Shown: positions 37,029 to 46,279 of the stretch, piece after piece
How positions within the stretch are numbered: position 1 is the first letter of the stretch
How the letters are laid out: every line of letters begins with the position of its first letter
NCBI GenBank assembly: GCA_045863855.1
Contig: BTVV01000001.1
Coordinates: forward strand, 32,001 to 96,000
Length of the DNA stretch: 64,000 nucleotides
Direction: 5' to 3'
DNA from: Planctomycetota bacterium
Lineage (GTDB): Bacteria; Planctomycetota; SZUA-567; H5-PLA8
Position numbers and translations under genes: made by a program
The notes under the pieces: model-generated
Told to the model about the DNA's origin: nothing
The model's input: the letters and a program-made list of their open reading frames with translations, nothing else
Database searches by the model: none

Positions 37029-40000
37029 ATGCCCGACTTCTGCCATTTGCACTCGCATTCGCAGTATTCGCTGCTCGACGGCGCATCGCGGATCAAGGAT
37101 TTGCTGCAGCGCGCGCGGAAGATGAAGCAGCCGGCGGTGGCGATCACCGATCACGGGAACATGTTCGGGGCGATCGAGTTTTACAAGACGGCGGAGGAGT
37201 TGAACAAGGCGGCGAAGGAGAAGGGCGAGCCGGAGGTGAAGCCGATTCTGGGCATGGAGGCGTACGTCGTGCCCGACGGCGAATCGCGGACGAAGCGCGA
37301 GAAGGTGGACGGGGATTACGACCACCACTGCCTGCTGTGGGCGTCTACGGACGCGGGCTACAAGAATCTGATGAAGCTTTCGAGCAAGGCGTACGCGGAA
37401 GGCTTCTACATGCATCCGCGGATCGACCTGGATCTGCTGGCCGAGTACGGGAAGGGGATCATCGCCAGCAGCGGTTGCCTGGGCAGCGAGGTGCCGAACG
37501 CGATTCTGCACAAGGATTACGAGTCGGCGAAGAAGCTGGCCGGTCGCTACATGGAGATCGTGGGGAAGGAGAATTTCTACTTCGAATTGCAGAATCAATG
37601 CGGCGCGATCGCGGACCAGCATCCGCACGACGAGGAGGTTCAGAACCTTTTCCGTCTTCAGAAGAAAGTGAACGAGGCGGTCATGAAGCTCGCCAAGGAA
37701 CTGGGCGGCAAGGTAATCGCGACGAACGATTCGCACTACACGAGCCGCGACGACGCCGAGGCTCACGACGCGCTGCTGTGCATCGGGACGGGTAAGCTGA
37801 TCGGGGACACGAACCGCTTGAAGTTCGCGTGCAGCGAATTTTACTTGAAATCGAGCGAGGAAATGGCGGTTCTGTTCAAGGACGTTCCGCAGGCGCTGAC
37901 GAACACGCTGGAGATTGCCGAGCGCTGCAACGTGAAGCTGGCGTTCGGGGCTTACCACTTTCCGAAGTTCAAGATACCGGACGGTCGGGACGAGGCGGAG
38001 TATTTCCGCGAGCTGGTCTACGCGGGGTTGAAGAAGCGCTACGGGGCGAAGCTGCCGGCCGAGGTGAAGGCGCGGGCCGAGGAAGAGCTGCGCGTGCTGC
38101 AGAAGATGGGCTTTATCGGTTACCTGCTGATCGTCTGGGACATCGTTCACACGGCTCGCGAGAAGAAGGGGATTCCGGTCGGGCCGGGGCGCGGGAGCGC
38201 GGCGGGATCGATCGCGACGTACGCGCTGGGCATCACGAACCTCGACCCGCTGCGCTACAACCTGCTCTTCGAGCGCTTCGTGAACGAAGGCCGCAACGAG
38301 ATGCCGGATATCGACATCGACTTCTGCCCCGCTCGCCGGGCGGAAGTGATCGATTACGTGCAGGACACGTACGGGCGCGACTGCACAGCGGGGATCATCA
38401 CGTTCAACACGATGGCGGCAAAGGCGAGCGTTCGCGATCTGGGGCGCGTGATGGACTGGCCGCTGCCGGAGGTGGACAAGGTCGCGAAGATGATCCCGAT
38501 GCTGCCCGGGAAAAAGGTGACGCTGCAGCCGCGCAGCGGCGACGACGACGCGGTGCATGTGGTCGACGACGAGCCGGACATGAAGAGCTTGTACGAGACG
38601 GACGACCGGACACGGAAGCTGATCGATCTGGCCCGGCGCATCGAGGGGCTGGCGCGCAATCCGGGGCGGCACGCGGCGGGGATCGTGGTCGCGGACAAGG
38701 ACATCACGGAATATTGCCCGTTGTACAAGGACAAAGACGGCGCGCTGCTGACGCAGTACGAGATGGCTCATATCGACAGCGTGGGGCTGCTGAAGATCGA
38801 CATCTTGGGCCTGCAGAACCTGACGATCCTCGATCTGGCCAAGCATTTCATCAAAGAGCGGCGCGGGATAGACATCGATCTGGACAAGCTGCCGCTGGAC
38901 GACCAGGCGACGTACGCGATGCTGGCGCGCGGCGAGGCGAAGGGGGTCTTTCAGTTCGAGTCGGACGGGATGGTGCGGATGCTGACGGAGGCGCGTCCGG
39001 ACTGCCTCGAGGATCTGATCGCGCTGAACGCGATGTACCGTCCGGGTCCGATGCAGAACATCCCGACGTTCATCAACCGCAAGCACGGGCGGGAGAAACT
39101 GGAGTACCTGGTGCCGGAGCTGGAGCCGATCCTGAAGGACACGTACGGCGTGATCGTGTACCAGGAGCAGGTGATGCAGATCGCGAACTTGCTGGGCGGA
39201 TTCTCGCTGAGCGAAGCGGACAAATTGCGCAAGGCGATGGGCAAGAAAAAGAAGGACATCATGGAGAAGTACGGCCAGCTTTTCGCGGACGGCTGCGCGA
39301 AGAACGGGATCCCGAAGGAGAAGGCGCGGGAGCTGTACGACCTGATCGCGAAGTTCGCGGAGTACGGCTTCAACAAGTCGCACAGCGCGGCGTATGCGTT
39401 CGTGGCGTACCAGACGGCGTATTTGAAGGCCAATTATCCGGCGGAATACATGGCGGCGCTGTTGAGCCTGAACCAGGGCAGCACGGACGACGTGGTGAGT
39501 TACATCGAAGAGGCGCGGCGGATCGGTCTGGAGGTGCTGGGGCCGGACGTGAACGTGAGCGGGGTGCATTTCGGGATCGAGAACGACAAGACGCTGCGCT
39601 TGTCGCTGGCGGCGATGAAGGGGGTGGGGACGAAGGCGGTGGAGGCGCTGGAGGCGGAGCGGAAGGCGAACGGTCCGTTCAAGGATTTGTACGAATTCTG
39701 CGAGCGAATCGACGGTAAATTGGCGAACAAGGGCTGCGTGGAAGGTCTGATCCGTGGCGGCGCGTTCGACAATCTGGCCGAGAGTGGCGGGCGCGCGCAG
39801 CTCGTGGCGGCGCTGGAGGACGCCATGGCCGCGGGCGCTTCGGCGCGGCGCGACCGGGAGAGCGGGCAGAGCAACCTTTTCGGCGGGGGCGAGGAGCTGG
39901 GCGCTGCGAAGCGCAAGCTGCCGGATGTACCGGAGTGGCCGGAGCCGCAGCGCCTGGAGGAAGAGAAGAAGGTGCTGGGCTTCTATTTCTCGGGGCATCC

Positions 40001-40745
40001 GCTGGCGGACGTGCGCGAGATCGTGGCGGGGATTTCGTCGGCGAGCTGCCGGAAGCTGGCGGACCTGGACGACGGGCTGGAGGTGATCCTGGGCGCGTAC
40101 GTGAACGCGGTGCAGCCGAAGCAGACGCGCGCGACGGGGGAGAAGATGGCGGTGCTGGACCTGGAGGACTGGGAGAACGGGAGCATCCAGGCGGTTATTT
40201 TCCCGAAAACGTACACGAAATACCGGGATCTGATTCAGCCGGACCGGATTCTATTTTTCCGCGGGCGCTTGAAGCGCAGCGAGATGGGCGGCGGCGAATT
40301 GACGATCATGGCCGACGAGCTGATGACGGTCGAGGACGCGGTGCGGCGGTTTTTGGGTTCGATCGTGATCACGCTGCGCGAGGACGAAGCGCTGCTTCCG
40401 GCTCAGGCGCAGACACGCGGGCACGGGAAAGCGCCGGGCGCGGCGGCGAAGGGGGAGTCGAAGCAGGCGGCCAAGGCGTTCGCGCAGCGGCTGGAGTCGC
40501 TGGCGGGACTGATTCAGGCGCATCCGGGGCGCAGCGCGGTCTGGTTCCAGGTGGAAGTGGACGTGGAGGGCGGCGGGTCGGCGCAGGTGGTGGTGCAGGC
40601 GGGGGAGGACGTGCGGGTGAAGCCGAGCGCGGAGTTGTTCGCGGGCTTGCGCGAGATCTTGCCGCGCGGGAGTCTGCGCGTGCTGGGCGAGGGGACGAAG
40701 CCGAAGCGTCCGGCGGAGCCGGCGTGGCGGCGCAGGGCGTCGTGA
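37029..40745 (+). CDS. dnaE: DNA polymerase III alpha subunit
   Basis: HLHSHSQYSLLDG PHP domain, GRGSAAGS, PDIDIDF, YGFNKSHS. Confidence 0.98.
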   Translation: MPDFCHLHSHSQYSLLDGASRIKDLLQRARKMKQPAVAITDHGNMFGAIEFYKTAEELNKAAKEKGEPEVKPILGMEAYVVPDGESRTKREKVDGDYDHHCLLWASTDAGYKNLMKLSSKAYAEGFYMHPRIDLDLLAEYGKGIIASSGCLGSEVPNAILHKDYESAKKLAGRYMEIVGKENFYFELQNQCGAIADQHPHDEEVQNLFRLQKKVNEAVMKLAKELGGKVIATNDSHYTSRDDAEAHDALLCIGTGKLIGDTNRLKFACSEFYLKSSEEMAVLFKDVPQALTNTLEIAERCNVKLAFGAYHFPKFKIPDGRDEAEYFRELVYAGLKKRYGAKLPAEVKARAEEELRVLQKMGFIGYLLIVWDIVHTAREKKGIPVGPGRGSAAGSIATYALGITNLDPLRYNLLFERFVNEGRNEMPDIDIDFCPARRAEVIDYVQDTYGRDCTAGIITFNTMAAKASVRDLGRVMDWPLPEVDKVAKMIPMLPGKKVTLQPRSGDDDAVHVVDDEPDMKSLYETDDRTRKLIDLARRIEGLARNPGRHAAGIVVADKDITEYCPLYKDKDGALLTQYEMAHIDSVGLLKIDILGLQNLTILDLAKHFIKERRGIDIDLDKLPLDDQATYAMLARGEAKGVFQFESDGMVRMLTEARPDCLEDLIALNAMYRPGPMQNIPTFINRKHGREKLEYLVPELEPILKDTYGVIVYQEQVMQIANLLGGFSLSEADKLRKAMGKKKKDIMEKYGQLFADGCAKNGIPKEKARELYDLIAKFAEYGFNKSHSAAYAFVAYQTAYLKANYPAEYMAALLSLNQGSTDDVVSYIEEARRIGLEVLGPDVNVSGVHFGIENDKTLRLSLAAMKGVGTKAVEALEAERKANGPFKDLYEFCERIDGKLANKGCVEGLIRGGAFDNLAESGGRAQLVAALEDAMAAGASARRDRESGQSNLFGGGEELGAAKRKLPDVPEWPEPQRLEEEKKVLGFYFSGHPLADVREIVAGISSASCRKLADLDDGLEVILGAYVNAVQPKQTRATGEKMAVLDLEDWENGSIQAVIFPKTYTKYRDLIQPDRILFFRGRLKRSEMGGGELTIMADELMTVEDAVRRFLGSIVITLREDEALLPAQAQTRGHGKAPGAAAKGESKQAAKAFAQRLESLAGLIQAHPGRSAVWFQVEVDVEGGGSAQVVVQAGEDVRVKPSAELFAGLREILPRGSLRVLGEGTKPKRPAEPAWRRRAS

Positions 40746-40808
40746 GCTAAACGGCAAACGTCAAACGGCAAGAACCGACCCAACAAACATCAAACGGCCA
40801 CGTCGCGG

Positions 40809-42875
40809 TTACCAGGCCACGGTGACGCCGCGGCCGGCGTCCCATCCCTCGGGCAGGATCAGCTCGCGGACCGCTTGCCCGTTGGCGTTCGGCCGGTCGA
40901 GGGCGAGGCGGAGGTTTCCGGATTCTTGCGCGGGTTGGGCGGCGGTGAGGCGCAGGCCGTCCGTGGTTTCGCGTAGCAGGGCCACGCAGGGGCGGTCGGC
41001 TTGGAGGCGCCAGCCGGCGGGGGCGTCGAGCGCGCCGGGCGCGTGGAAGACGGCGGCAAGGAGCTTCGCGCGGGGATCGAAGACGGCTTGGCGTTGCTCC
41101 GTGTTTTCGAGCACGCGCCAGGTCGGACCGGACGCCCACGCGGCGAGGGCGGCGGGTTCGATGCCGGGTCGCACGGCATACGCAAAGCAGACCTCTTGCG
41201 GCGCGACGCCGTGTTCGAGGCAGGCGCCGAAGATTTCGTGCGTGACGGGCCGCGGCGATTTGGCTTCGCTGATGGCCTGCCAGCTTCCGGTCTGGGGTCC
41301 GAGGATCGCGCGCCATGCGGCGGGCGCGAGGGGCACGTAGCCGATGCCGTCGTGCCAGAGCCAGCGCGCGGCGGCGAGGTCGTGTTCGCCGTGGGGCAGC
41401 GCTTGGGCGAGATCGCCGGCGTAGACGGGTCCGCGCAGAAGGCATTGATTGAGGCTGGTGCGGACGGGGTGCGGTTCGGCGCAGGCGAGTCCCGCGCCGA
41501 GGGCGACGAAGCCGTCGTCGAGGAAGACCCACGCGCGCAGTACGCGGAGGCCGCCGCGTTCGAGGCGCAGGGTTGCGACGGCGGATGTTCCGTCGCTGGC
41601 GCCGCCGGCAAAGGGGTTCGTGCCGACGCGCCCGACTTGCTTGGGGTCGAGCGGTTCGGGCGCGTGGAGGGCGGTGACGCCGGGGACGCGCTTCCAATCC
41701 CAGGCGGGGAAGATATCGCGGTACTCTTCGCCGTCGCGCAGGATGAAGGTCGCTCCGTCGGCGAGCAGGTGCGACTGCAAGCCTTCGCCGTTGCAGAGTT
41801 CGGTGTTCTTGGTGCGCGCGGAGTGGGTGCGCGCGGAGGCGTAGAAGGCGGGCCGGTGGTGGACGGTATGGTCGCTGCGCCAGAAGTGTTTGCTTCCGGT
41901 GAGCGGCGGCACTTGGTGATCGCCGGCGAGGCGCGCGGCGAACTGTGCGAATTCGGCCCGGCGGGGCACGTCGAGTTCGGCGATGCGGCGCAGCGCGGGG
42001 AGGAGCGGCAGCGCGTCCTTGCCGGCGCGGGTGAGTTCGCGGCCGGTGACGCCGTAATCGAAGACGCGGCCGCGGACGGTCCACTGCTGTCCGTCGAGGA
42101 TATAGGCGGCGAGGCGGCCGAAGGTTGCGCTCGGCATTTCGAAGCGCGTGCCGTGCGCGAGGAACGCGGCGCGCAGGCCGTCTTGCATGAAGGCGACGCC
42201 GTAGCCGCCCGTGTACAGAAGCGGGCCGTGCTGGTGGAAGCTGAGGTCGGCCTGGAGTCCTTCGGCGCCGAGCGGAGCGACGACGATCTCGGCGTAGAGG
42301 CGCTCGAAGCACGCGGCGACTTTTCCGGCGTCGCGTTCGAGGGCTCCGCCGACGAGCCGGTTGGCGGCCATCCACGAGAGGTTCGCGCCGGTCCAGCGGA
42401 TGGTGCGTTCGCCGACGCGGGTTTCGAAGTGGCTTCGCGCGACGGTGCGCAGCCCCTCGCGGAGGCGTTCGGGATCGAGTTCGCGTCGGAGCAGGACGAG
42501 GGCCTGAGCCATGGCCATCGGCGCACCGATCTGGGTCCACCACCAGTTTGCCGGGTTCTGGAAATCGTGCTCGGTCCAGTAATCGATGGCGCGGCGGGCG
42601 GCCTCGAACCGCGCGGCGCGGCGAACGGGCGCGGAGGCGTCGAAGCGGAGCGCGAAGGCGAGGGCGACCAGGCGGCGCAGATGCGTCTGCGTACTCCAGG
42701 CGACCAAGGAACGGCAGGCGTAGTCGATGTCGCTCCAGGAGCCGTCGGCGGCTTGCGCGGCGGCGGCGGCATCGGCTTCGCGAAAGTGTTCGGCGAGGCG
42801 GTTGGGATCGTCGGGGCGCCACCATTCTTCGAGGCGTACGAGGAGGGTGTCGAGGTCGGCGGCTGGTGCGGCCAT
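40809..42875 (-). CDS. Polysaccharide lyase family 8
   Basis: NWWWTQIGAP, TGAN, SFHQHG..LYTGGYG, WDWKRVPGVT. Confidence 0.92.
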   Translation of the reverse strand: MAAPAADLDTLLVRLEEWWRPDDPNRLAEHFREADAAAAAQAADGSWSDIDYACRSLVAWSTQTHLRRLVALAFALRFDASAPVRRAARFEAARRAIDYWTEHDFQNPANWWWTQIGAPMAMAQALVLLRRELDPERLREGLRTVARSHFETRVGERTIRWTGANLSWMAANRLVGGALERDAGKVAACFERLYAEIVVAPLGAEGLQADLSFHQHGPLLYTGGYGVAFMQDGLRAAFLAHGTRFEMPSATFGRLAAYILDGQQWTVRGRVFDYGVTGRELTRAGKDALPLLPALRRIAELDVPRRAEFAQFAARLAGDHQVPPLTGSKHFWRSDHTVHHRPAFYASARTHSARTKNTELCNGEGLQSHLLADGATFILRDGEEYRDIFPAWDWKRVPGVTALHAPEPLDPKQVGRVGTNPFAGGASDGTSAVATLRLERGGLRVLRAWVFLDDGFVALGAGLACAEPHPVRTSLNQCLLRGPVYAGDLAQALPHGEHDLAAARWLWHDGIGYVPLAPAAWRAILGPQTGSWQAISEAKSPRPVTHEIFGACLEHGVAPQEVCFAYAVRPGIEPAALAAWASGPTWRVLENTEQRQAVFDPRAKLLAAVFHAPGALDAPAGWRLQADRPCVALLRETTDGLRLTAAQPAQESGNLRLALDRPNANGQAVRELILPEGWDAGRGVTVAW

Positions 42876-42879
42876 GGTT

Positions 42880-43599
42880 TCAGATCCAACCTGCTTTGCG
42901 GTTGCCGAAGGCGGGCGCCGCGCCGGGGACGGGGGCGGCCCAGCGGGCGGCGTTGCAAAGGACGCGGCGCACCTGCGGATGAAAGTAGGTGGGGTAGCTC
43001 TCGTGGCCGGGTCGGAAGTAGAAGATTTTTCCCGCGCCGCGGGTCCAGCAGCAGCCGCTGCGGAAGACTTCGCCGCCGGCGAAGCTGGAGATGAAGATCA
43101 GTTCGTCGGGCTCCGGGATGTCCCAGTATTCCCCGTACATCTCTTCGCGCTCGATGACGAAATGGCCGTCGAGGCCCTGGACGATGGGGTGCTTGGGTTT
43201 GACGATCCAAAGAATCTCTTTTTCTCCGGCGTCGCGCCACTTGAGGCGGCCGGTGGTTCCCATCAAGGCGCGGAAGGGTTTGCTCTCGCAGGCCGAGTGG
43301 AGCACGATCAGGCCCATGCCGTCGAGGACGCGGTTCTGGACGCGGCGCGCGGATTCGTCGGAGACTTCGGCGTGCGCGACGTGGCTCCACCAGACCAGGA
43401 CATCGGTTTCGGCGAGGGCGGCTTCGGAGAGCCCTTGTTCGGGATCGTCGAGGCGCGCGGTTCGGAGCACGGCCGCGGGAACTTCGCTCAGCGCGCTTGC
43501 GAGCGCTCCACCGATGCCTTCGGGGTAGACGCGCCGGACGCGTTCGTCCTTCTGTTCGTGGCGGCCTTCGTTCCAGACGGTGATGCGCAAGTCGGCCAT
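42880..43599 (-). CDS. ThuA-like (trehalose utilization) protein
   Basis: TVWNE, YPEGI, DVLVWW, EEMYGE, YFRPGHESYP. Confidence 0.9.
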   Translation of the reverse strand: MADLRITVWNEGRHEQKDERVRRVYPEGIGGALASALSEVPAAVLRTARLDDPEQGLSEAALAETDVLVWWSHVAHAEVSDESARRVQNRVLDGMGLIVLHSACESKPFRALMGTTGRLKWRDAGEKEILWIVKPKHPIVQGLDGHFVIEREEMYGEYWDIPEPDELIFISSFAGGEVFRSGCCWTRGAGKIFYFRPGHESYPTYFHPQVRRVLCNAARWAAPVPGAAPAFGNRKAGWI

Positions 43600-43791
43600 C
43601 GTCGCGCTCCTTCTTGAAATTACGTACTTCGTTGAAGGCACGATACCCGGCCGGGGGCCGCGGGGCTACGGCCGCCGTATACGTTACGTTTTTACTATAA
43701 TGGCTAGCTCTCTCCTATTGTGGATGCTGGGGCGCATGGGGTTAAGTGTCCTCGTGCTTCAACGCTTCCGGTTACGAAAGGAACACCCCCC

Positions 43792-44910
43792 ATGCCCGCC
43801 GCCACGCAACTCGGCCTGCTCGATCCGGCTTCGATCCAGGAGCAGTACACGGCCTTCCCGTTACTCGACGCGGCGCCCAGCGACGAGACGTACCACCGTT
43901 GCAGCGAGGCGAGCAGCGTGGAGCTGCGCGACGGTACGGTGCTGCTCGCGTACGGCCGGCACGCGGGGGCGAGCGATAACGCGGCGGGGCATGTCTGGGG
44001 CCGCACGATCGAAGCCGACGGGACGCCGCGGGCCGACGACCGGATTCTGGTCCGCTCTCCGGAAGGCGGTTTGAACGCGATGAGCCCGGCGCTGCGGCGC
44101 TTGCCCGACGGGCGGCTGGGGATGTTGTACAGCTTCCGCGTGAACGTGAAGACCGCGGAGCGTCATTTCGTGAGTTCGAAGGACGAGGGGCGGACGTGGA
44201 GCGCGCCGGCGGTGGTCGCGACGGGCGGGTACGTGACGGGCTGCCACGACCGTTTCACGGTTCATTCGAGCGGGCGTCTGATCGCTCCGCTGCACGGGAG
44301 CGAGAACTGGGATTACCACTGGCCGCAGACGAGCGTGGCGTACAGCGACGATCTGGGCGCGACGTGGACGCGGAGCGTGTCGAAGATCGAAGGGCCGAAG
44401 CTGCTGCATCCGGGCGGGCGCATCGTGGGCGAAGGCGGGTTCAACGAGCCCGGCACGGCGGAACGCGCGGACGGGAGTTTGCTGATGACGCTGCGCAGCA
44501 GCATGGGGACGCAATTTCGAAGCGAGTCGTTCGACCGCGGCGAGACGTGGAGCAGCCCGCGGAGCATGGAAGTCATGAGCCCGCGCGCGCCGGCGAACCT
44601 CACGCGGGTGCCCGGCACGGACGATCTGCTGCTGATCTATCAGCACAACTTCGACCTGAATCACATGTTCAACGGTCGGCGCCAAACCATCGTGGCGGCG
44701 CTTTCGACGGACGGCGGGCAGTCTTGGCCTTACGCTCGGCGTAAGCTGCTGGTTCACGATCCGGAATGTTCCACGGACTACCCGAGCGTGATGTACAAGG
44801 GCGGCGAGGTCTGGATTTCGATGCGCTGCAGCACGGGGCGGGAGGTGCTGCAAGGCCGGACATCGACGCGGCTGATGCGCGTGCCGCTGGATTGGCTGTA
44901 CGAGGGCTGA
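43792..44910 (+). CDS. BNR/Asp-box sialidase-family protein
   Basis: SKDEGRTWS, SDDLGATWT, SFDRGETWS, STDGGQSW; DYPS. Confidence 0.88.
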   Translation: MPAATQLGLLDPASIQEQYTAFPLLDAAPSDETYHRCSEASSVELRDGTVLLAYGRHAGASDNAAGHVWGRTIEADGTPRADDRILVRSPEGGLNAMSPALRRLPDGRLGMLYSFRVNVKTAERHFVSSKDEGRTWSAPAVVATGGYVTGCHDRFTVHSSGRLIAPLHGSENWDYHWPQTSVAYSDDLGATWTRSVSKIEGPKLLHPGGRIVGEGGFNEPGTAERADGSLLMTLRSSMGTQFRSESFDRGETWSSPRSMEVMSPRAPANLTRVPGTDDLLLIYQHNFDLNHMFNGRRQTIVAALSTDGGQSWPYARRKLLVHDPECSTDYPSVMYKGGEVWISMRCSTGREVLQGRTSTRLMRVPLDWLYEG

Positions 44911-45077
44911 GGCGTAGATTTCGCCGGCTATGGAGCGCGCCGCGCTTGCGCAAGCGGAGGTGGCTCGGCGTACGTTCACCGCGTCCTTGCGGGACGCGAA
45001 CGGCGAACGGCCACGGCCAATCCAAGATGTGTTCCCTAACAAGCCATGGCAGGGAGGGGAACCGGCCCCAGGGGTGC

Positions 45078-46166
45078 TTACTGGCCGGTGTGCGGGTTTC
45101 CGATCTTATTGACGAGGCTTTCTTTCCGGGAGCGCTCGCGTTCGTCGCGGGTCCAGGTGCCGACTTTCTCGTTGAGCCAGGCGATCCAGACGCCCGGCAG
45201 GCTGCCGATATCTTTCTGCGCGATGACTTTCAGCGCTTCGGCGGGCGGACTGGTGGCGTTCTCGACGGTTCCGATGACGTCGCTGGTGGGCAGATGGATG
45301 GGCATGCGCGTGCCGTGCGGGCCGATGGGCAGATCGACGCGGCGGATTTCGGTGGGACCGTTGCCGGGGTTGGCGGCGTTGACGGTGGGCATGGGGATCA
45401 GGCCGGCGAGGGTCGCGAAGGCGCGGTCGTCGTTGATTTCGCGCAGCGCCAGCGCGGCGGGGGTGCGGTAGCGCGCGTCGTCGCGTACGGCGAACTGCAG
45501 AATCCATTCGACGGCGCGGTCTTCCTTCAAGGCTCGGATGGTGCGCGCGGCTTCGCGGCGGACTTCGGCGTCGGGTTCCATCATCGCGGCCCAGCCGAGC
45601 GTGACGGCGCCTTGGGCGTCGAGGGGCCCCAGATCGGTGAGCGCGCGCAGCGCGCCCATGCGCAGCTCCGGCGGCTGCTTGTTCTCGGGGCGGAGCATGG
45701 CGAGGAGGACGGGGACGGCGCGGAAGCCGAGGTCGTTGGCGCGCTTAAGGGCGGCGGCGCGGAGGTCGCGCTGCGGCGCGCCGAGGTCCTTGAGTTGCGC
45801 GACGAGCGCTTGCAGCTCGTCCGCTTCGGGCGCTTCCTTGACGGGCGGGAAGAGCGGGACGTTTCCGGCCGGCGGGTTGGCCGCGGGCGGTGCGGGCGAT
45901 TGCGGCGCTTCGGCTTTCGGTTCGGCTGCGGGCTGCGCGGCGGGTGCCGCGCCGCGCTTCAAGCTCTTGACGCGGGTCTTGGCGATGCCGCGCTGTTCGC
46001 CGCCTTCGATCGCGACGAAGTAAGCGAACTCGGTCTCGTTGACGATCCGGCCTTCGACGCGCTCGCCGCTCTTCAGTTCCAGGACGTCCGGCGCGGCGGG
46101 CGCTTCTTCGGCGGCGCACGCGCTTACGGCGGCGAGCGCAAGACCCAGTATGAGGATTATTCGCAT
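45078..46166 (-). CDS. Secreted HEAT-repeat protein
   Basis: Signal peptide; DVLELKSGERVEGRI; HEAT-like EVRREAARTI. Confidence 0.8.
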   Translation of the reverse strand: MRIILILGLALAAVSACAAEEAPAAPDVLELKSGERVEGRIVNETEFAYFVAIEGGEQRGIAKTRVKSLKRGAAPAAQPAAEPKAEAPQSPAPPAANPPAGNVPLFPPVKEAPEADELQALVAQLKDLGAPQRDLRAAALKRANDLGFRAVPVLLAMLRPENKQPPELRMGALRALTDLGPLDAQGAVTLGWAAMMEPDAEVRREAARTIRALKEDRAVEWILQFAVRDDARYRTPAALALREINDDRAFATLAGLIPMPTVNAANPGNGPTEIRRVDLPIGPHGTRMPIHLPTSDVIGTVENATSPPAEALKVIAQKDIGSLPGVWIAWLNEKVGTWTRDERERSRKESLVNKIGNPHTGQ

Positions 46167-46279
46167 CGCACCGTCTCCTGAAGCACAGCCTACTCGTTCG
46201 CGTTCTAACGGCCACTGGGCAAGGCTCGTGGCGGCCGAATCTCGACTCCCGGCTTGACCCCCGCGCGTTCGCGGCGGTA

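Noticed and set aside
36081..39998. 1305 aa antisense ORF and similar long shadow ORFs (2525-4855, 41001-43094, 56941-59157, 59061-61820)
   Set aside because: Opposite-strand shadows of well-supported genes in high-GC DNA; no motifs of their own
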